Positions 1-6,548 of a stretch of 12,905 nucleotides of DNA are shown here, piece by piece. A model generated the notes under the pieces. That model was given only the letters and a program-made list of their open reading frames with translations. It ran no database searches and was not told the DNA's origin. Source of the stretch: Azolla caroliniana (Eukaryota; Plantae; Polypodiophyta); contig JBHGNT010001017.1 in NCBI GenBank assembly GCA_043228905.1, forward strand, positions 1 through 12,905. The letters are read 5' to 3'. The position numbers and the translations under genes were made by a program. Position 1 is the first letter of the stretch; every line of letters starts with the position of its first letter.

Positions 1-1169
1 AACGCATCATAATGGAGGCCTTCGGCGAATACATACCAACCTTCATGCAAGTATTTCTAGATGACTTTGTCGTATACAACCGGAAGCCATAACATTTGGA
101 CCATCTACGGATGTGTCTCGAAAAATGCCGGAGTACCCAATTAAGCTTGAATCCGACTAAGTATGTGTTTGGGGTCACTAGTGGAGCATTGCTAGGGCAT
201 ATCATTAGCAAGGAAGGAATCGTGGTGAATCCGAATAAGGTTAAAGCAATCCTACAAGCGCCGGCACCGACGAACGCTAAACCCCCAAGCCGTTTTCTTT
301 GCCAAATCCGGTGGCGTAGCCGAATGCTCTGGTATTTAGCAGATTTTGCTACCCCGTTGCACGCAACAGTATGTAGACTACCATTCCAGTGGATGGAACA
401 AGAAGATAAAGCTTATCAGGTGCTCAAAGTAATGCTATCACAAGCTCCGGTGGTGCAACCACTTGATTGGTCCAACAATTTCATGTATTTGTGGATGCTT
501 CGGAGGTCGCTATCGGAAGCGTATTGATGCAACTGACAGAGCCGAAGTGGTACCGGTCGGTATACTATGTCAACCAAAAGCTCTCCAAGGGGTCGAACGG
601 AATTATTCTATGACAGAACAACATGCCTTAGGGATGGTGTATAGTGTAACAAAGTACCGACACTATCTACTAGGGTGGAAGTTCTCTTTCCATGTTGATC
701 ACTCCCCATTGGTATATCTTGTGTCGAAAGCATTGCTCACTGGAAAGTTAGCCAGATGGACCTTGCTATTACAGGAATTTGAATTTGATATCTACCATCA
801 ACTTGGAGTGCAACATGCCATGGTGGACTATTTAAGCCGGTTGGAATTCGGTGAGTCTAGTGATGGCGTTCGCGACAAATTTCCGGATGCGCAGTTATTC
901 AAAATTACTACGGAGACAGTAGTGGACGAATCGGTAGCGGTCGAGGATAAGGGGATGACGGATATGCATCAATTCTTGAGTACCAGACTACCATCGAAGG
1001 AGCTAAGTCGGGATGAGCAGAAACGTCTAACAGTACAGAGCCAACATTTCTGTCTTTTGCAAGATACTTTGTACCATAAGGGAGCAGACAGAGTGCGGTC
1101 CAGAGTGACGAAAAGGAGGCAATACTATGCTAGGCACACTATGGAGTCGCAAGAGGACACTATGCCGGA
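1..1169 (+). mobile_element. pol: Degenerate Ty3/gypsy (Athila-like, non-chromovirus) LTR-retrotransposon pol fragment: RT C-terminus, RNase H, start of integrase
   Basis: Frame 3 reads FMQVFLDDFVVY (RT catalytic xxDD at 54-65), with an in-frame TAA at 90-92, then LLGHIISKEGIVVNPNKVKAI. After a frameshift near 480 it reads HVFVDASEVAIGSVLMQ (RNase H). After a frameshift near 590 it reads ERNYSMTEQHALGMVY...RHYLLG...VDHSPL...LARWTLLLQEFEF...DYLSRL. After a frameshift near 1094 it reads EKEAILC*AHYGVARGHYAG (H-x6-H half of the integrase zinc finger). The RT-RH-INT order is gypsy. Truncated by the window start and at ~1169. Confidence 0.93.
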
Positions 1170-1685
1170 GCGCCCGGAGGGTGAATATGATTCGTGAGAA
1201 GGATCGACTAGAAATACACAACTATGCAGAAAACAAAAAACATGAATTGCACAGTACAAGGGATAAAACAGGATAGGAAAACCAAGCTTCGTCGGTGTTA
1301 TTCACCCTGACTAGGATGTCAACCTAGTTGTTATCTCAACCGCGCTGGATGCAACGGATAGGGAGAGGGAAGGGTACACGCACACCCTCGCACGCACACA
1401 CAGATTCTGGTAGGAAGAAAGAGAACAATCACACCGATATGTACATGAATAAGAACGATTATATGTATGTAAATAAACGGTTGGTTACATCCACAACTTC
1501 AACCTAGAGAATACCAAAGTGGGGTACTACGACCCAACGGGCAAGGCACCAGTCGGGGAGCTCTCAGACTCCCAATCGTGAGTGGAGGCATTGCAGTCAG
1601 AGTAGGAAAATAGAAACCCTAACGTTGTTCCAAAAGAAAAAATACCCGAAACCGGAGAGCCCCTTTAGAAGAGCCCCTCCTCTCC

Positions 1686-1692
1686 TTTTATA
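1686..1692 (-). promoter_or_regulatory. TATA box of the minus-strand LTR
   Basis: Plus TTTTATA equals minus TATAAAA, in the typical plant LTR context ctataaaaggag. Confidence 0.55.
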
Positions 1693-1915
1693 GCCCAAGG
1701 GAGGGACATTACAATGGAGGCCAAATATTCCCCTCTCTTTCAGAGGAGGATATTGCCTCAATTTTAGGGGAGTGGTGCATTAATTCCCCCATAAATCTCT
1801 CACACTCACCCCACTACCTACTTTACGTGTGATGTACACTAAAGTACACATCACATCTACCTCTCACTAACCCTTTTGGTGCACTTTAGCACCTTATTCT
1901 CCCTTTCTCTCTCAT

Positions 1916-1972
1916 GGGTCAATTTTGGCCTTAAAAGACGTTAATATATCTTTCTTTTATTTCTTTCTCTTT
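1916..1972 (+). mobile_element. Short 3'-end copy of a putative non-LTR retroposon (LINE/SINE tail) inside the LTR
   Basis: 1930-1957 is an exact 28-bp reverse complement of 6575-6602. It is preceded by a small stem-loop (GGTCA-ATTT-TGGCC) and followed by a TTTC-like tail. Confidence 0.45.
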
Positions 1973-2404
1973 ATACAATTTTGTGTATGTGTATGTGCAA
2001 GTCATTGCACATCCTCGTTCATGCCCGTTTCACTCTGATTTTCCCATCGTTGCCAAAAATCTTCACGATAGCGTTCAACTAGGTGAATCGTCAACTAGTC
2101 GAGGTTGGAAAGGTCGATGAGGCCTTTGGTCGACAAGTCCTTTCGTTGAGACGAAGGTCGAGTAAGCTTTGTTCGCAAAGGGGCATTCGAGTAATGCTAA
2201 CTTTAGCTAGGGGCTTACTTCGACAATTGCGAATTCTTGACCTTTTAGGGCTTTTCGGCTCCGCTTGAGTAGAATATGCACGCGCATCTTCGCAATAGAG
2301 TGAGGCCAAAGACAACAACCTTTGTGGCGTCCGTGATAGGTTCAGCTTGGTGGTGTGGTCTTTGATTTGAAAAAATCTGTCTAGTTCGAATTTGCCATAA
2401 TTCT

Positions 2405-2650
2405 CTAGTCGAACTTTTGTTAGTCAAATGCTCACTTGTTGAGTGAATGCTCTTTAGTTGTGTGTTCTCTTGTCGAGTGCACGTGCACACGCTTTAGTCG
2501 TGTGTTCGCTTGTTGAATGAACATGCTTTAGTCGTGTGTTCGCTTGTCGAGCGCTCTTTGGTCGAGTGTTCTTAGTCGAATGCACTTCTGTCAAGTGTTT
2601 GCTTGTCGAATGTTCTCTTGATGAGTGTTTGCTTGTCGAACACTCTTTTG
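2405..2650. repeat. Degenerate ~15-bp tandem repeat array (core GTCGA, consensus ~GTCGAGTGTTCGCTT) in the LTR U3
   Basis: Consecutive units include gtcgtgtgttcgctt / gtcgagcgctctttg / gtcgagtgttctta / gtcgaatgcacttct / gtcaagtgtttgctt / gtcgaatgttctctt / gatgagtgtttgctt / gtcgaacactctttt. A weaker GTCGA periodicity is also present at ~2095-2165. Confidence 0.8.
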
Positions 2651-3224
2651 TGACAATTATTGCTTTGAAACTTTTGGCGCCAAACTCAAGATTTTGCGCC
2701 AACAACTAGGTTTGATGTGTGAGCCATCTTGAATGTCATTCAACGCCAATCGCGTTGATCTTACCTTTATCTAGAAATAGTTAACACTTGGCAAAAAATT
2801 TAGTGAAATTTTTTGGACGACCAACGTGCTAATGTTCAAGCAATTAGGGGAAAAAATCAAGCAAAAAATGTAAAAACAAAATATTAAGTGAACAAAAATT
2901 TAGTCTAAGTAAAAATGGTATGCTTCAGTTTCTTAATGTTGCCCTCACTTAAGTGGCTTGCCTCTCGAGCTTATGTCTCATCGATAGCTTCAAGCATCGG
3001 TCTTATCCTTGGCAGCAACGCCAAATAGATGTGTCGTTTCCGTGTCATATGGAAGCACCTCTATAGATCGATGGAGTTTTATCTCCCGTTGATGTCATTC
3101 GCCTAGGATTCGGACTAACGTATACCCTCTTGTTGGCGAACCAGCGGAGGTAGCTGTCAAGTACCTTCAAGCTACTAGCTAACTTAATCATATTCTAGAA
3201 ATTTGTGCCTCTATTCTAAAAATA

Positions 3225-3340
3225 TGTGAGAAATGTAGACTCATTTGCAAACTTTACTCTCTTGTACAGTTAAACAAAGGAATTAAAATGAAGACAATAT
3301 TTTATTATCACCACTCTTAGTACAAAGAGGTCTAGCACCA

Positions 3341-3385
<45 letters not shown>

Positions 3386-3699
3386 GTGCTTGGTTTACTA
3401 ATCATTATTGCTAATCTCTCTTAACTCTTAATTACATTTTGGGAGATAGAAAAGGAGGCTTAAAGCTTTAATCACTAGGAGAAACTCTTAAGATTTATTT
3501 AGAAGCCTAAAAGACATTATAGAGTGGTTTTTATAGCTTTTACAATATGATTATGGTCATTTCACACTAGGTTGCCCATTGGCTTGCATTCCCTTCTGCT
3601 TGGATTGTTCTATCTACCTTTTTGTAAGTTGGTTGCTTGGTGTTCCTTGTTGGTGCCCATATCTTCATGACTAGTGTGCTAAGTGCCATCTACCCAACA
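3225..3699 (-). mobile_element. Second, short LTR-like element (probable solo LTR) on the minus strand
   Basis: The minus strand begins TGTTGGGTAG at 3699, has TATAAAAA at 3528-3535, a CT-repeat tract and AATAAA at 3301-3306, and ends ...TTTCTCACA at ~3225. It directly abuts the copia RNase H fragment at 3700. Confidence 0.45.
3345..3382. repeat. (GA)19 microsatellite
   Basis: Perfect GA dinucleotide run read directly from the sequence. Confidence 0.97.
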
Positions 3700-4128
3700 A
3701 TATCATGGAAATCCAAAAAGCAAAACTTCGTAGCCCTATCATCTAGAGAAGTTGAATTCGTAGTTGCTGCATCAGCCGCTCGAGAAGGAGTTTGGCTACA
3801 AAGACTACTCATGGAATTTAAGCTTGATGATTATCTACTTCATCACAATTTACGATCTCAACACCCTCAAATTTTAAAGTACGAGTTGACAATAAATCAT
3901 GCATAGCCCTAATCTACACCCCAAAGCATCATGAAAAGACAAAAAATGTTGATTACAAGTATGTACTTCTATATCAAAGAGCTTGTTCAAGAAATAGGAG
4001 GGAGAAAACAAATGGACCTAAGCTTCACGCAAAGTTCTGATCAATGAGTTGACTTTCTGACCAAAGCTACACCTAAACCTAAGCATAAGCTTTGTTGTAA
4101 AGAAATTGGTCTTGCTCACAGAATGTAA
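3700..4128 (+). mobile_element. pol: Degenerate Ty1/copia pol C-terminus (RNase H)
   Basis: ISWKSKKQNFVALSSREVEFVVAASAAREGVWLQRLLMEF, then after a frameshift VDNKSCIAL...PKHHEKTKNVDYKY, then after a second frameshift FYIKELVQ...SSDQ*VDFLTKA...EIGL, ending in TAA at 4126-4128. These match the copia RNase H motifs SWxSKKQ, DNxSAI and DQxADxxTK. Internal TGA at 4045-4047. Confidence 0.92.
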
Positions 4129-4139
4129 TTCATCTTCCT

Positions 4140-4153
4140 AAAAAGGATGGAGA
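4140..4153 (+). other. Polypurine tract of the copia element
   Basis: AAAAAGGATGGAGA lies just after the pol stop and ends 1 nt before the TG at 4155. Confidence 0.7.
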
Positions 4154-4154
4154 A

Positions 4155-4430
4155 TGTGAACATTAATTAATTAATTATTAATTAATAAAAGATGCTACTC
4201 TTGGAGTTGCACAATTTGAAAATACACAAACATGACGAGACACCTCTTCATAAAAGGACACAATTGTGATTAGTACAAACATGGCTCAGTGCGAAGTTTT
4301 GGTATAAACACTCATTGTAAGTGTTACGATCATTATTCTGCTTAAGACAATTCAATCATTTCATCATTCCTTGTATGCTCTTATCTCGTGTTCTTCTATT
4401 ATCATAGTTCTTGCAAAAATATTTATTACA
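4155..4430 (+). mobile_element. 3' LTR of the copia element
   Basis: Starts TGTGAA right after the PPT. TATAAA at 4303-4308 is followed by the typical ...TTGTAA. Ends ...TTATTACA at 4430 (alternative end ...TTATCA at 4404). Confidence 0.65.
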
Positions 4431-4759
4431 CGCGTTGTAGGTTTCTTTCTTGGGCCTCTAGGGACGACAATAAAACCAATTAACCCCTGCACTTCCGCTA
4501 CCTTTATATGTGCAAACGGGATGCCTTTGCATAAAAGATTGATACCTTCTACACATGACGAGGGTTGTTACTAGTTAGATCCAAGAGAATCGAAGAGCAT
4601 GGGAATATCCTTCGGAAGATGGCCCTACGAACGGTTTCGTTAATCTGCAAGAAGGACGAGTGAGCGATCCATATAAAAAGAGCACACAAAAGACTGAGAA
4701 GTTCACACACGCAAACACACACACATACACATCTGACCATAAAAATAAAACGAAGGGCA

Positions 4760-4880
4760 CAACCAACAACCAACAACAAACAACAAACAACAAACAACAA
4801 ACAACAAACAACAACAAAAAAAAGAGACAAAAAGAGAAAAACAGAAGAAAAGAGAGAAAAGAGAGAAAAAGAAGAAATAA
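4760..4880. repeat. Low-complexity (AAC/AAAC)n and AG-rich tract
   Basis: caaccaacaaccaacaacaaacaacaaacaac... followed by aaaagagagaaaa repeats. It generates the spurious low-complexity ORFs in the track. Confidence 0.85.
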
Positions 4881-5004
4881 TAAAAGTTGTAATGTAAGGG
4901 CAGTTTGAGAGGAGATTAAGGAAAACTGAGGAGGAGGGGCATCACGTAGAATACATATATGGAGGAAAAATGCAGGAGAGAAAAGGGGAAACGAACGAAT
5001 CCAT

Positions 5005-5032
5005 ATACATACATACATACATACATACATAC
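5005..5032. repeat. (ATAC)7 microsatellite
   Basis: Perfect tetranucleotide run. Confidence 0.93.
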
Positions 5033-5111
5033 TCTCTGCTTCTCTGTTCTGTTCTGCTCTGATTCTTCTTCTCTCAGTCCACAAGAAAACGATCACCGCC
5101 TCCGCCAGCAG
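5033..5111 (+). other. TFB1: Putative 5'-UTR exon of the TFB1 gene
   Basis: CT-rich (Y-patch-like) sequence ending in a perfect donor CAG|GTAAGT at 5111/5112. A T-rich intron follows to the acceptor GTGTGGCAG| at 6412, then ATG-free UTR at 6413-6467. The start is uncertain, because 5078-5111 could instead be an internal exon. Confidence 0.6.
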
Positions 5112-5376
5112 GTAAGTATAGACTAGAGTTTGTGTGAAGTCTCTGAAATGAGCTCAGTATTAGTTCTCTCACAGTATCTATCTTCTGAATTCTCGTCTTC
5201 CCCCAAACTGCTATGATTCCCCCCTCCCCCTTGTTTGTGCGCCTTCTATTGTGTATGAGGATCAATATATTTTTATTCTAACATCAATGAAGCTTGTAGA
5301 AGAAAAATCTCTACATAAACTAATTTTTATGGCGACCAACAGTTTTTTTGCATATGTTTTTTTGTTTTTTTTGCGC

Positions 5377-5402
5377 ATATATATATATATATATATATAT
5401 AT
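5377..5402. repeat. (AT)13 microsatellite in the 5'-UTR intron
   Basis: Perfect AT run. Confidence 0.95.
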
Positions 5403-6300
5403 TTCTTTTTTCTACCAAATAAGAGAATAAAGATAAAAATCTTTGCTTTTTTGGTAGATTTTTGTTTGGCGAACAATGGTTATTTTTTCTATAATAAATC
5501 CACATTCATTCTCACGAATGTGATTACCCAATCTTATATAGTTTCTATTTAATATAAAGAAGAGCTTAAATTTAGCACAAAGATGAACATAAGTTTAGCG
5601 CAAAGAAGAACATAAGTTCAGCCTACAGAGGACTATGAATATAGTCTGAAGTGTCTTGATGCATACTGTATAAGTTAGATCAGAGAGTGGAAAAAAACCC
5701 TTTATTTTACCATTGATTTGTCTCATAATTATATCAATGTGTGCTAAACTAGCAATGGATGTACGATTCACCCACACAACTATCGAATTATGTCATATTC
5801 CACATCATCAGAGGTTCTATTATTGTTTCCATTGATATTGGAATTTTTTCTGGTTTAGTCACGATTTAAAATCTTTGAATTGGTATCAAAAGATTACATT
5901 GATTTGTCACATTAGTACACTTTCAGATATTGGTGACAAAAATAACATATTCACAAGTTTTAAGATGATTTACCCCAAGTTTCAAAGGTATTTGTAAAGT
6001 TGATACATCAAGAAAATGTGAACTATATTAGGAAAAAAAAAGTATATGTAAGCCACTATATATATTAAGCTATGGTTATTTTAGAAGTTCACCAATCATA
6101 CCATTTGCAGGAAGCTTGAAAAGGCAGCGTGCATCATGTATATGTAATGTAATCTCGTTTTTTTCCCGGATTTGTACTTTCAGCATGTGTAAGAGATGAA
6201 ATACTAGATTTTCTTGAACATGGGAGAGATGAGGAGTTGAACAAATGGTGTACAAAAAACAAAGAAGAATGTTGAATAGTTCAACTCATTTGCACCACAG

Positions 6301-6316
6301 GTGTGTGTGTGTGTGT
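6301..6316. repeat. (GT)8 microsatellite
   Basis: Perfect GT run. Confidence 0.9.
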
Positions 6317-6467
6317 GCATGTATTTGTGGATTTAACTTTCATTCATGAATCTGAATTTGATGTATTCCAGAATGTCTATTTTGTGAAGTAAATGATTCC
6401 GTTGTGTGGCAGATTCCATATTGAGCTCCATACACCTTGAAAAATCAGCTCTCAGGCACGCACAGTC

Positions 6468-6548
6468 ATGGACAATGTTATGATGACAGTTAGAGCTAAA
6501 TTCTTAACGACTCCAAAAAGCCCTGGTTTTCCTGGTGTTCTGATGTTG
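6468..6548 (+). CDS. TFB1: TFB1 coding exon 1 (PH-like domain start)
   Basis: gtcATGG start; MDNVMMTVRAKFLTTPKSPGFPGVLML; donor TTG|GTGAGT; phase 0. Confidence 0.85.

Larger units (their letters stand above)
1170..2704 (-). mobile_element. Long LTR-like sequence (solo or truncated LTR) on the minus strand
   Basis: The minus strand starts TGTTGGCGC at 2704 (plus ...GCGCCAACA). A tandem-repeat-rich U3-like part is followed by CTATAAAAGGAGAGGAGGGG (TATA, 1686-1692) and a telomere-like TTAGGGTTT (1614-1622). No credible coding potential. It replaces the pol sequence abruptly at ~1170. The left boundary is uncertain (1163-1170). Confidence 0.6.

Noticed and set aside
96-1197. ORFs 96-527 and 463-1197 as functional genes or a programmed frameshift
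   Set aside because: They are pieces of one pol broken by at least three frameshifts and two in-frame stops, which indicates decay rather than recoding.
1614-1622. Telomeric repeat or telo-box regulating TFB1
   Set aside because: It is a single AAACCCTAA inside an LTR, more than 3 kb from the gene.
2405-2650. CRISPR-like array
   Set aside because: The units are contiguous degenerate ~15-mers without unique spacers, there are no cas genes, and the context is eukaryotic.
2083-2705. Short ORFs in the LTR (2083-2268, 2091-2318, 2245-2490, 2454-2705)
   Set aside because: They are by-products of the tandem repeats, with no recognisable domain.
4606-4640. cUUCGg tetraloop and ACGAA-CGGT-TTCGT hairpin as a structured ncRNA
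   Set aside because: The stems are too short or mismatched, and there is no tRNA, snRNA or snoRNA signature.
4549-5096. Hydrophobic 173-aa and 93-aa minus ORFs and the 82-aa N/K/Q-rich plus ORF as membrane or novel proteins
   Set aside because: They are translations of microsatellite and low-complexity tracts.
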